Shown one piece after another: positions 1 through 8,812 of a stretch of DNA of 59,014 nt. The DNA lies in the NCBI GenBank assembly GCA_039795775.1, contig JBDKLC010000005.1, positions 251,624 to 310,637 on the forward strand. Direction: 5' to 3'. Positions within the stretch are counted from its first letter, which is position 1, and each line of letters begins with the position of its first letter. Below the pieces are notes generated by a model. That model worked only from the letters and a program-made list of their open reading frames with translations, was not told the origin of the DNA and did no database searches. The translations under genes and the position numbers were made by a program. Source of the stretch: Candidatus Parcubacteria bacterium (GTDB lineage: Bacteria; Patescibacteriota; Minisyncoccia; Phycocordibacterales; CAIZLB01).

Positions 1-488
1 GCTGTATGTTCGCCTTCAGGGTTGAGGTTTGTAGCGACAATGATTTCTTTGAGAGGTCGGGGAGTCTGATTGGCTTTCTTTTCTACTTCAGCTACGAGCT
101 GTGAGCCACGTACTTTGTCTTCTGGACGTTCTTCGAGAAGGGGAACTGCGCCACCGAGTACAAAATATATACCTGAGAACGCTCGGCTCTTTTCCATTGC
201 CTGAAGATCTATATCTCGTGATACCACCATGAGAGTACTTCGGTCTCGTGCGGGATTTCTACAGATAGAGCAGAGGCCATTGTCGTCTTGTATTTCTGAA
301 ATAGGAAAATAACGGAAACATTCTGGGCATGTAGCAATGCTTTGTTTGAGTGCCTGAAGTTCGAGCACTAGTTCTTGGATGGCACTTGCTGGTTCATTCA
401 ACAAAAAATAGACGAAGCGCTTTGCTTGTCGAGGTCCGATACCAGGAAAATGTCGGAAGAGTTCAGTGAGTTTATCAATTGAATCCAT
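1..488 (-). CDS. recR: Recombination protein RecR (C-terminus runs off the left edge)
   Basis: Edge-truncated, so absent from the ORF track. My own minus-strand translation from the ATG at 488 gives MDSIDKLTELFRHFPGIGPRQAKRFVYFLL..CPECF..CSIC..VVSRDIDLQAMEKS..GIYFVLGG, i.e. HhH motif, C4 zinc finger and Toprim segment. Confidence 0.85.
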   Translation of the reverse strand, partial: MDSIDKLTELFRHFPGIGPRQAKRFVYFLLNEPASAIQELVLELQALKQSIATCPECFRYFPISEIQDDNGLCSICRNPARDRSTLMVVSRDIDLQAMEKSRAFSGIYFVLGGAVPLLEERPEDKVRGSQLVAEVEKKANQTPRPLKEIIVATNLNPEGEHT

Positions 489-500
489 GAAAAGTAGAAA

Positions 501-1898
501 TTAGAAACCGCCGGCAGCAACGTGATCTGAGAAATCGCCGAAGTCTTTCTTTTCGATTGGGATGAAGGTTGTTCGCTGCCCATCGAACTTGAAGTGACAT
601 GCACCTGTCATACCGTTTCGGTGTTTTTCGATGAGGACTTCGGCCATGTTGTCTCGTTCTGAGTGGTCCTTGTATCGGTCTTCTCGGTGAATGAACATTA
701 CCAAGTCGGCGTCCTGTTCAATAGAACCTGAGTCTCGGAGGTCGGAGAGTCGTGGTTTGCCACCTCGCTGTTCTACCGCTCGAGAAAGCTGTGAGAGTGC
801 GAGTACTGGTACATCGAGTTCTCGGGCAAGGTTCTTGAGAGATCGAGAAATTTCAGTTACTTGCTGTACAACGTTATCTGATTTTACGTTTTGTGTAGGC
901 ACCATGAGCTGGAGGTAGTCCACAATGATGAGACCAAGACCTTTTTCAGATTTGAGTCGTCGAGCCACACTTCGCATCTTGATGATGTTGTTGCCTGGCT
1001 GGTCATCGATAAAGATAGGAGCCTTTGAAAGTTTGTCGAGACCTTCTCGAAGCATAGAGAAGTCGTTGTCGTGGAGATTTTTACCTGTTCGGATCTTCCA
1101 TGAATCTACAGTAGAGGCAGCAGAAAGCATACGTTGTGTGAGCTGTGCCGCACTCATTTCCAATGAAAAGATACCCACAGGAATATTGTGGTTTACGGCT
1201 GCATGTCGTGCGATGTCGAGAGCGAATGACGTCTTTCCGACAGATGGTCGAGCAGCGAGAATGATGAGGTCTGACTTCTGGAGACCTGCTGTGATGGCAT
1301 CAATGTTTGAGAAGCCTGTAGGAACACCTCGAATTTCATCTTTTGAATTGTGAAGTTTGTCGATTTGGTCCCATGTTTCAGTGAGCACATCTTTCATTTC
1401 AAGAAATTTGTGTGTCGATTTTCTGTTTGTGAGTTCAAATACTTTCTTTTCTGCCTTGTCGAGTACTTCTTCGAGATGGCCTTCTTCGTCGTATCCAAGC
1501 TGTGCGAGATGCTCAGAAGCCCCAATGAGCTTTCGCATCATATATTTCTTTTCTACAATTTCAGCGTAGTATCGAGCATTTGCGGCTGATGGTACGACGT
1601 GTACGAGTTCAGCAAGAAAGCCTGCGCCACCAGCTTGTTCGAGGAGTCCTTTTTCCTCTAACCTGTTTTTGAGAGAAAGGAGGTCGATCGGTTCGAACTT
1701 CTGAGAAAGTTCGGACATTGTATTGAAAATAAGTTTATGTTTTTCACTATAAAAAGATTCAGATGTGAGAATGTCGTTTACATCTGTCATTGCATCTTGT
1801 CGAAGCATGATAGAACCGAGCACAGCTTTTTCAGCATCCAAACTATTTGGTGGTACTCGAAGGTTTTTAGGTGATACGTATGGAGATACGGTTTTCAT
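501..1898 (-). CDS. dnaB: Replicative DNA helicase DnaB
   Basis: 465 aa. N-terminal DnaB domain (PPNSLDAEKAVLGSIM), Walker A ARPSVGKTSFAL, RecA-like C-terminal domain. Confidence 0.95.
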   Translation of the reverse strand: MKTVSPYVSPKNLRVPPNSLDAEKAVLGSIMLRQDAMTDVNDILTSESFYSEKHKLIFNTMSELSQKFEPIDLLSLKNRLEEKGLLEQAGGAGFLAELVHVVPSAANARYYAEIVEKKYMMRKLIGASEHLAQLGYDEEGHLEEVLDKAEKKVFELTNRKSTHKFLEMKDVLTETWDQIDKLHNSKDEIRGVPTGFSNIDAITAGLQKSDLIILAARPSVGKTSFALDIARHAAVNHNIPVGIFSLEMSAAQLTQRMLSAASTVDSWKIRTGKNLHDNDFSMLREGLDKLSKAPIFIDDQPGNNIIKMRSVARRLKSEKGLGLIIVDYLQLMVPTQNVKSDNVVQQVTEISRSLKNLARELDVPVLALSQLSRAVEQRGGKPRLSDLRDSGSIEQDADLVMFIHREDRYKDHSERDNMAEVLIEKHRNGMTGACHFKFDGQRTTFIPIEKKDFGDFSDHVAAGGF

Positions 1899-1991
1899 AT
1901 GACTATTGTATCACCTCATCTTCATCATGCTAGATGAAATTGTAAGTAAAATGTGTTCAGCTTGTGTACAAACTGTGAATTACTTATTGTT

Positions 1992-2561
1992 TTACGAAAT
2001 ACTATAGAAACCCTTTATTTTGAGGGCTATTTGGACACCTACAAATGAGATAATTACATAAGCAAGAAACACATTAAGGAAATGTAAAGAAATACTGAAT
2101 GTTTGCGCCTCACAAGCAGCAATAAAAATAATGAAAAGCCAAGAAATGAGTCCAAGTGCAGCTGTAGCTATGAGTGCGTCGTGGTGATCTTTGAAAGAGT
2201 CTGAGAGGTGGCTATATTTTTGTTGATGTCTCAAGAGAGCAGGGAGATGGAATTTTCGAAGAATAATCGATGACACGAGAATAATAGCAAAAATAAAGAT
2301 GAGAGCAGTCTCTACACCACTTTGGATTGCGATATTACTGTTAATACGTACAGCATCATACGCAAGTCGAGAGACGAGAGCGACACTTGCCGCTATAATC
2401 GCAGTAAACTGAAGGCGTAGGAGCATTTTTAGTTCTGATATCCGAAGCTGATGATTTTTGAAAGAAAAAATAAAAAATACATCAGCAATAAATGAGCTTC
2501 CTGTTCCAATTGCTGCACTTACTAAAAAAAGTGAATAAAATGCAAGATCCATATTACTCAA
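1992..2561 (-). CDS. Hypothetical polytopic membrane protein
   Basis: 189-aa ORF with several hydrophobic helices. Overlaps the cysS stop by 8 nt (operon-like). Confidence 0.6.
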   Translation of the reverse strand: MSNMDLAFYSLFLVSAAIGTGSSFIADVFFIFSFKNHQLRISELKMLLRLQFTAIIAASVALVSRLAYDAVRINSNIAIQSGVETALIFIFAIILVSSIILRKFHLPALLRHQQKYSHLSDSFKDHHDALIATAALGLISWLFIIFIAACEAQTFSISLHFLNVFLAYVIISFVGVQIALKIKGFYSIS

Positions 2562-3984
2562 GAATTATACCATGCTCTCCATTAAGCAATTTGTATCCTT
2601 GTTGATTGAGTTCGTCACGAAGCTTGTCAGATGTAGTCCAATCCTTTGAAAGACGGGCTTCTTCTCGTTTTGAGATTAAATTAAATATTTCTTGAGATAC
2701 AACTTTAGATGAATTGTACGTAATATTAATTTCTTTTCCTGCTACTTGTATTATCTTTTGTGATTGGGCGATTGGTTTTAATGTCGAAAGATTAAATCCT
2801 AGAACTGTATCAAATGAATCGAGTGTCGCTTTTTTGTCTGTATCAGAAATAGCGGTGTCTTTTAACATTTCCCAGACGGTTGCAATAGCCATAGCTGTAT
2901 TGAGGTCGTCATTTACAGCAGTTGAGAATTTTTTGAAATATTCTTCATGTACATTTCCTATAATTGATCCAAGACTTTGATATGAAGTCTGAAGCTTTGT
3001 AAATGCTTTCTGAGCCGCATCGAGAGCATCCTGAGAAACATTTATAAGTGTTCGATAGTGAGCGGTGAGCAAAAAGTATCTGTATGCGATAGGGGAAATG
3101 CCATTTTGCTGAAGTTGACTCAAATACATCTCATTTTTAAGAGATTTAGAAATTTTTTCATCGTTAATAGCGATGAAGTTCTCGTGCATCCAGTAATGCA
3201 CAAAAGGTTTGCCAGTCAGTGCTTCTGATTGAGCAATTTCGTTATTGTGGTGAATAGCAATATGGTCGACACCTCCGGTATGAATATCGAATGTCTCTCC
3301 AAGTAGATCAATAGACATTGTTGAACATTCTATATGCCATCCAGGGAATCCAATGCCCCAAGGACTTGGAAAACCAAGTTCTGTACTTAGTTTCCAGAGA
3401 GCAAAGTCACGAGAACTTTTCTTTTCACTATCGAGGCCAATTCGTGAAATTTCTGATGATGTATCAATTGCATCAATACCGCCGAGTTTACCGTAGTCAG
3501 CAAATTTTGCTGTATCAAAATAGACCGTATCACTCGTTGTGTAAGTGAATCCTTTTTGTTCGAGTTTCTGTATGAATGCAATTTGCTGAGGAATATATTC
3601 ACTTGCTTTCGGATAATGATGTGCGGGAAGAATGTTGAGAGCCGTGAGGTCTTTGAGGAAAGCTGCAGCATAAAAGTCTGCCATTTCTTTCATGGCAGCA
3701 AGGGAAATAGGCTTACCTTCACGTCGAAGACCTTTTACCATCTTGTCTTCACCATCAGATGAAAGCTCACCGATATCTGTAATATTAATGACCTGTGTTA
3801 CTGCGAATTTGTTGAATTCTGCAACACGTCGGAGGATATCAGCAAATACAAACGCTCTGAGGTTTCCGATATGAGCATAGTTGTATACAGTCGGACCACA
3901 ATGATACATCGAAACATGACCTGGTTTGATAGGTGTAAAAACTTCTTTCTTTTTTGTAAGGGTATTATAGAGATGGAGTTCCAT
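2554..3984 (-). CDS. cysS: Cysteine--tRNA ligase
   Basis: 476 aa. Class I HIGH-type motif (YNYAHIGNLR) and KISKS (KMSKS-type) motif; overall CysRS-like N-terminus. Confidence 0.95.
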   Translation of the reverse strand: MELHLYNTLTKKKEVFTPIKPGHVSMYHCGPTVYNYAHIGNLRAFVFADILRRVAEFNKFAVTQVINITDIGELSSDGEDKMVKGLRREGKPISLAAMKEMADFYAAAFLKDLTALNILPAHHYPKASEYIPQQIAFIQKLEQKGFTYTTSDTVYFDTAKFADYGKLGGIDAIDTSSEISRIGLDSEKKSSRDFALWKLSTELGFPSPWGIGFPGWHIECSTMSIDLLGETFDIHTGGVDHIAIHHNNEIAQSEALTGKPFVHYWMHENFIAINDEKISKSLKNEMYLSQLQQNGISPIAYRYFLLTAHYRTLINVSQDALDAAQKAFTKLQTSYQSLGSIIGNVHEEYFKKFSTAVNDDLNTAMAIATVWEMLKDTAISDTDKKATLDSFDTVLGFNLSTLKPIAQSQKIIQVAGKEINITYNSSKVVSQEIFNLISKREEARLSKDWTTSDKLRDELNQQGYKLLNGEHGIILE

Positions 3985-4053
3985 TGGAATGATTATAGTT
4001 AAAAAAAGTTTGTTTGACCATAGAATGAAACTCTGAGATACTTTCTACTATAT

Positions 4054-5292
4054 ATGCAAATGAACTTTCATGGACCTTCTTGGAAAAATCCTTTAATCAC
4101 AATTTTATTTATCGCAATTGTTGTTGGAGCATTTTACGGTGGTTTCGCAGCAGGTAAGTCATCAACATTGGCAGCAAATAGAATAGAGAACATCATCAAT
4201 AAGACAGATGGTAAATCAGAGAATGTTGATTTCGGTCTTTTCTGGAAAACATGGACACTCCTCAACGAAAAGTTCGTAGCTACACACAACGAAAAGCCAG
4301 CTACAGACCAAGATAAAGTATACGGGGCTATCAAAGGAATGGTGGCATCACTCGGTGACCCATATACTGTTTTCTTTACACCAGAAGAAGAATCACAGTT
4401 TGAAAGTCAGATTCAAGGAAACTTCGAAGGTGTCGGTATGGAAATGGGCATTAAAGATGATACCCTTACTGTTATTTCTGCTTTGCCAGGTACACCTGCA
4501 AAGAAAGCAGGTATTCAATCTGGAGATAAACTCATTAAGATAGATGACAAGCTCTCAAACGGCATGACTGTAGACCAAGCCGTAAAACTCATTCGGGGAA
4601 AGAAAGGTACATCAGTAAAACTTACAATGGTCCGAGAAGACAAAGAGCCAATCGAATTTACTGTGGTTCGAGATGTCATTAATCTTCCTGTTATTGAAAC
4701 AAGTCTCGACAAGAAGACAAACATCTTCACAATTAGACTCTACAGTTTCAGTGCTCAGTCAGCATCATTGTTTCGAAGTGCAATGAAAGAATTTTCTACA
4801 TCTAAATCAAACAAACTCATCATCGACCTTCGAGGCAACCCAGGAGGCTATCTCGATGCTGCAGTAGATATGGCCGGTTGGTTCTTACCCCCAGGCAAAG
4901 TAGTTGTTCGACAGGCGTCAGGAGCAGGCAAGAGTGAAATTGCACTCAGAAGTCAGGGTCCTGACATCTTCAACGATAGTGTAAAGACCGTTATCCTTGT
5001 AGACAACGGTTCAGCATCAGCCTCAGAAATTCTCGCTGGTGCTCTCAGTGAATACGGCAAAGCTACTCTTGTAGGTACTGCTACATTTGGAAAAGGATCT
5101 GTTCAGGAATATATAAAAGTCACACCAGACACTGCTCTCAAGGTGACTATCGCACGATGGCTCACACCAAATGGTGTATCTATCTCAGAAGGTGGGCTCA
5201 AGCCTCAGGTTGAAGTAAAAATCACTAAAGAAGATGTTGCAGCAGGAAGAGACCCTCAAATGCTAAAAGCGGTTGAAATTCTCAGTAAATAG
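4054..5292 (+). CDS. Carboxy-terminal processing protease (S41 family, PDZ domain)
   Basis: 412 aa. N-terminal TM anchor, PDZ-like segment (PGTPAKKAGIQSGDKLIKID), S41 core (DLRGNPGGYLDAAV, SASASEILAGAL). Confidence 0.9.
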   Translation: MQMNFHGPSWKNPLITILFIAIVVGAFYGGFAAGKSSTLAANRIENIINKTDGKSENVDFGLFWKTWTLLNEKFVATHNEKPATDQDKVYGAIKGMVASLGDPYTVFFTPEEESQFESQIQGNFEGVGMEMGIKDDTLTVISALPGTPAKKAGIQSGDKLIKIDDKLSNGMTVDQAVKLIRGKKGTSVKLTMVREDKEPIEFTVVRDVINLPVIETSLDKKTNIFTIRLYSFSAQSASLFRSAMKEFSTSKSNKLIIDLRGNPGGYLDAAVDMAGWFLPPGKVVVRQASGAGKSEIALRSQGPDIFNDSVKTVILVDNGSASASEILAGALSEYGKATLVGTATFGKGSVQEYIKVTPDTALKVTIARWLTPNGVSISEGGLKPQVEVKITKEDVAAGRDPQMLKAVEILSK

Positions 5293-5344
5293 TGATATAT
5301 TGCTCCTACTAAGTTAATTTAATCAGTAACACCATATTATTGTC

Positions 5345-5788
5345 ATGAAAGTAATTCTTCTTCGAGATGTGCCTAAGGTAGGCCACAAATATCAGATTGT
5401 AGACGTCGCTGACGGCTTTGCTACAAACTCACTCTTTCCAAAGGGTTTGGTTGAACTTGCAACTCCAAAAGCTCTCAAGCGTGTAGAAGCTATTAAGGCT
5501 TCTGAAGCTGCTGAACGAAAAATTCAGGAAGACCTCCTCATCAAGAACCTTGGTGCTATCTCTGGTGTTACACTCGAAATCGTTGGTAAAGCTAACGAAA
5601 AGGGTCATCTCTTCAAAGGTATCCACAAAGAAGAAATCGTTCCAGCTCTCAAGGAACAGACTCGACTCGATATCGATCCATCATTTATTGACCTCGAAAA
5701 GCCTATCAAGGAGGTAGGTGAACACAAGATTCACGTAAAGGTTCAGGATAAGTCAGCTGAATTTACTCTCAATATCAAAGCTGAATAA
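5345..5788 (+). CDS. rplI: 50S ribosomal protein L9
   Basis: 147 aa; MKVILLRDVPKVGHKYQIVDVADGFATNSLFPKGL is a typical L9 N-domain. Confidence 0.9.
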   Translation: MKVILLRDVPKVGHKYQIVDVADGFATNSLFPKGLVELATPKALKRVEAIKASEAAERKIQEDLLIKNLGAISGVTLEIVGKANEKGHLFKGIHKEEIVPALKEQTRLDIDPSFIDLEKPIKEVGEHKIHVKVQDKSAEFTLNIKAE

Positions 5789-5803
5789 GCTTTTAAACAA
5801 AAA

Positions 5804-5832
5804 CCTCTGGCCGTTGTGGCCAGAGGTTTTTT
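5804..5832 (+). terminator. Intrinsic terminator after rplI
   Basis: Stem cctctggcc / ggccagagg (5804-5812 / 5818-5826) followed by T6. Confidence 0.75.
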
Positions 5833-5873
5833 GTTTGTATAAAATTCGTTTTGCGAGTACAAAGGTAAAAAAC

Positions 5874-5899
5874 AAAAACCGCCACATGGGCGGTTTTTG
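5874..5899 (-). terminator. Intrinsic terminator after rpmA
   Basis: Stem ccgcc / ggcgg extended by A/T pairs. A-run on the plus strand gives a T-run on the minus strand. Confidence 0.6.
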
Positions 5900-5921
5900 T
5901 TGCGAAAGGAGAGTGGAAGTA

Positions 5922-6194
5922 TTACTTAACGTGAACTACTTTCTTTGTCATTACTCGATTGTTGAAATGAACTTTTCGAGTTGATCCAAATTCTACTGTA
6001 CCTTCTTTCTTTGCGTAGAGAGTGTGGTCTGTACCCATCTTAACGTTCTTTCCGGCGAGAATTCGTGTTCCTCGCTGTCGAACAATGATAGATCCTGCAC
6101 CAGCCTTTTCACCAGCATAAAGCTTGATTCCAAGGTATTTTGGATTTGAATCTCGAAGGTTTTTCGCTGTACCTGCTGCTTTTTTGGTTGCCAT
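5922..6194 (-). CDS. rpmA: 50S ribosomal protein L27
   Basis: 90 aa; [37 protein letters not shown] is the canonical L27 signature. Monocistronic here (no rplU upstream). Confidence 0.95.
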   Translation of the reverse strand: MATKKAAGTAKNLRDSNPKYLGIKLYAGEKAGAGSIIVRQRGTRILAGKNVKMGTDHTLYAKKEGTVEFGSTRKVHFNNRVMTKKVVHVK

Positions 6195-6262
6195 AGTCTT
6201 TTAATTCTAAATTTAAACTTTTTTCACGGCTATTTAAGGCCGTCTTGTTTATAGTAAGTTCA

Positions 6263-6586
6263 ATGAGTATACATGACCTTATTGAAAAAATCAATGGTTC
6301 TGCTTTGTCAAAGCCCAAAATTGACCCACCTCCGGCAAAAGTGCCCTTTTTTGCTCTTTGGGCGATAGCTATAGCCATACTTTTGGGCCTTTCTGGATGG
6401 GGGATGGCCATCTACCTTCTAGAGCATATCCGAGCCCCAACTCCAGTACAGATAGAGTGTTCTGAGGATATATTGAAGTCTTTGGAGGCTACTACTTCAC
6501 TGCGTACCCTCAAAGAGCAGACACCCGCTCCAAAGCCAAAAAAAGAAAAGAAGGGGAAAACTAGCAAATCGAAAGAAAAGAAGTGA
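6263..6586 (+). CDS. Hypothetical small membrane protein with Lys-rich tail
   Basis: The track ORF starts at a TTG (6245); the first ATG is at 6263. One TM helix, C-terminal KKEKKGKTSKSKEKK. Confidence 0.45.
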   Translation: MSIHDLIEKINGSALSKPKIDPPPAKVPFFALWAIAIAILLGLSGWGMAIYLLEHIRAPTPVQIECSEDILKSLEATTSLRTLKEQTPAPKPKKEKKGKTSKSKEKK

Positions 6587-6604
6587 TATATACTTATCTT
6601 ATAT

Positions 6605-7195
6605 ATGATTGTTGTTGATGTAGAGACTACAGGTGTAAACCCCCGAGAGAACTCGATAGTCAGTATCGGAGCCGTGGATTTTAATAATCCAAAGGATCAT
6701 TTTTATATGGAATGTCATGCTTGGGCTGGGGCAATCATCACTGATGAAGCTCTAGCTATCAATGGATATACTCGTGATCAGGTCCGAGATACCAAAAAGA
6801 AGTCAGAGTCGGAAGCTATTAAGGAGTTTCTCTTATGGTGTCAGACTAAGACAAATCTCATCATTGCCGGCCAGAATGTTAACTTTGATTTGCAGTTTAT
6901 AGAAGAAGCTTGTATGAGAGCAGGGGAGAAGTCGCCCTTTGGAAAGAGAATCATGGAAATGCACACTCTCTGTTATACACGAATGCTTCAGCAAGATCAG
7001 ATACCACCTCTCAATAAGGGAAAATCAGCTGTAGACTCGGATTTCATCATGAAATACATAGGAATTCCTGCCGAACCGAAGCCTCATATTGCAATAAATG
7101 GAGCAAAATTTGAGGCCGAAGCATTCCACCGGTTTATTTTTAAAAAACCACTGTTCGACGAATTTAAACCATACGATATACCCGACTATCTGTAA
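6605..7195 (+). CDS. DEDD-family 3'-5' exonuclease (DnaQ/epsilon-like)
   Basis: 196 aa. Exo I motif VVDVETTG; later NVNFDLQF and H-containing Exo III region. Confidence 0.8.
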   Translation: MIVVDVETTGVNPRENSIVSIGAVDFNNPKDHFYMECHAWAGAIITDEALAINGYTRDQVRDTKKKSESEAIKEFLLWCQTKTNLIIAGQNVNFDLQFIEEACMRAGEKSPFGKRIMEMHTLCYTRMLQQDQIPPLNKGKSAVDSDFIMKYIGIPAEPKPHIAINGAKFEAEAFHRFIFKKPLFDEFKPYDIPDYL

Positions 7196-7271
7196 AGGGT
7201 ATCTTTGGATAAATACGGCTCTAAATAGCCATATTTTAAACACAATACAGGCTCAAAAACAAGAAAAAAGA

Positions 7272-7300
7272 TTGACAATTGATGTCAAAGGTGCTATTAT
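7272..7300 (+). promoter_or_regulatory. Near-consensus sigma-70-type promoter
   Basis: TTGACA (7272-7277), 17 nt spacer, TATTAT (7295-7300). The -35 lies inside an inverted repeat ttgaca-N5-tgtcaa (7272-7288). Confidence 0.5.
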
Positions 7301-7309
7301 ATTTACTGT

Positions 7310-7335
7310 AACCACATAAGTTAGTGTGGTTTTTT
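7310..7335 (+). terminator. Hairpin plus T-run immediately downstream of the promoter
   Basis: aaccaca / tgtggtt stem (7310-7316 / 7325-7331), then T-run to 7335. Confidence 0.5.
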
Positions 7336-7409
7336 CATTGAGTGCAAGCGCATAATTCGATCCCACACAGACATGCGCATTACCAAATAAGAATCGGCTT
7401 ATAATTCAA

Positions 7410-7958
7410 ATGACCATTGGTTTGGCGATGATTGTATCAGGTATGATGGCAAACCCACTTGCTACCGTAGATGATTCAACCTCGACACAGCCACAAACTG
7501 TTCCCGTAGAACAAACAGCTACATCAACAGCATCTCTTTCTGAAAAGAAAAAGAAAGACGAGACAGCAAAGATCATTAACGTTAATGCAGGAATCGAAGC
7601 ACAGACACGAGCATATTTCGCCGATATTCCTATTATGGCCGAAATCGCTCGATGTGAATCTCATTTCCGACAGTATGCTAAGGATGGTTCAACCTTCCGA
7701 GGCGTAGTGAACAATAAAGACGTTGGTATTATGCAGGTGAATGAATACTATCACCTCGCTCGAGCACAGAAGCTCGGTATCGACCTTTACTCAGTAGAAG
7801 GTAACTTGCAATACGCACTTCGACTTTTTAATGAGCAAGGTTCACAGCCATGGGTATCATCTTCACCATGTTGGGGCAAAACAGCCGCAGCTAAGGGTGA
7901 CCCACTCGCATATACAGTTAAAGTTGCTGCCTCAGTAGCTCCAGTTGTACAGGAATAA
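7410..7958 (+). CDS. Secreted lysozyme-fold / lytic-transglycosylase-like protein
   Basis: 182 aa. N-terminal hydrophobic segment; CESHFRQ..GIMQVNEYYH resembles the SLT catalytic E-S plus (G/I)MQ motif. Confidence 0.6.
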   Translation: MTIGLAMIVSGMMANPLATVDDSTSTQPQTVPVEQTATSTASLSEKKKKDETAKIINVNAGIEAQTRAYFADIPIMAEIARCESHFRQYAKDGSTFRGVVNNKDVGIMQVNEYYHLARAQKLGIDLYSVEGNLQYALRLFNEQGSQPWVSSSPCWGKTAAAKGDPLAYTVKVAASVAPVVQE

Positions 7959-7980
7959 TTTCTTCTCAACTCGTAAATAA

Positions 7981-8020
7981 AAAGGAAAGGGCCCGCACGT
8001 ACGTGCGGGCCCTTTCCTTT
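7981..8020. terminator. 40-nt perfect palindrome, strong bidirectional terminator-like hairpin
   Basis: aaaggaaagggcccgcacgt / acgtgcgggccctttccttt. Confidence 0.8.
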
Positions 8021-8128
8021 TCTCTAAATATATGGTTTAATATTAATCGGGAAGTACAAGGTGTACAACTCATTCAACACAACCCGTAGGGTGTTTAACC
8101 CACACCCTACACATACTTATAATTCAGA

Positions 8129-8638
8129 ATGACGTTATTGAGAAAAGGAAAAAACACAGGAACATCGAAAAGGAGTGCTGTGCCACAGCGCACAGCGGCA
8201 CTGGCCGACCCAGAGCCACCAGCCAAAATACTCCGAGCTTTGATCGGATGTGCTACGAAACCAGAACGAACCAAGTGGACTGAAGCAGGACTTAACCCTG
8301 ACGAATTCACATTCTGGTTTGAAGTGACAATCGAAGGAAGAAAAGGGAAGCACATCATTAACGCTTCCGATGCGTTTAGCACAGCAGCTCCGAGGCTCTG
8401 CAACCGAAACGCCGCAGCAAAACTTCGGCGCTACTATCAAAAAGGACAAGAATTTCTGGTCACTGAGCGGGGAGGATGCTGGGTAATGTCCGATGCTGAC
8501 TTGGAATACGCAGAGTCGGTAGCGACAGACAAACACGTTCGACGGCCAAGGAATGTAGATGGTTCTTATTCTACAGTCTCCCTTTTATACGGAGGAAGAA
8601 CTCCCGCCAAACGGGGTCCCGACGAGGAAAGACGGTAA
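8129..8638 (+). CDS. Hypothetical basic protein in a GC-rich island (composition and codon use unlike neighbours)
   Basis: 169-aa ORF that fills the GC-rich block. Codon position 1 is G/A-rich and T-poor (coding-like). TATAAT at 8118-8123 lies 5 nt before the ATG. Terminator-like hairpin follows at 8672-8706. Mixed AGA/AGG/CGG/CGC Arg codons, unlike neighbouring genes, which appear to favour CGA/CGT. Confidence 0.5.
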   Translation: MTLLRKGKNTGTSKRSAVPQRTAALADPEPPAKILRALIGCATKPERTKWTEAGLNPDEFTFWFEVTIEGRKGKHIINASDAFSTAAPRLCNRNAAAKLRRYYQKGQEFLVTERGGCWVMSDADLEYAESVATDKHVRRPRNVDGSYSTVSLLYGGRTPAKRGPDEERR

Positions 8639-8812
8639 CACCCACACCGTCACCTCTTAAACAATCACATACTCGTAGTGCCGCCACGCGCTACGGGTAT
8701 TGTTTTTATATGGAAATTTTTATTCACAGATAGAAAGAACTAGGGGTAAGACAAAACAATGAGAAACGTCATATACTGTACGGAGGGAGTTTAATTACTA
8801 TTTATTCTACAT

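Noticed and set aside
398-604. 68-aa ORF spanning the recR start and dnaB stop.
   Set aside because: It is out of frame with both well-supported genes and low-complexity (S-rich).
8107-8536. Minus-strand ORFs of 98 and 133 aa inside the 8.1-8.6 kb GC-rich block.
   Set aside because: They overlap the 169-aa plus-strand ORF. That ORF has the coding-type first-position purine bias and is framed by a plus-strand -10 box and terminator. The minus-strand ORFs lack start or stop context.
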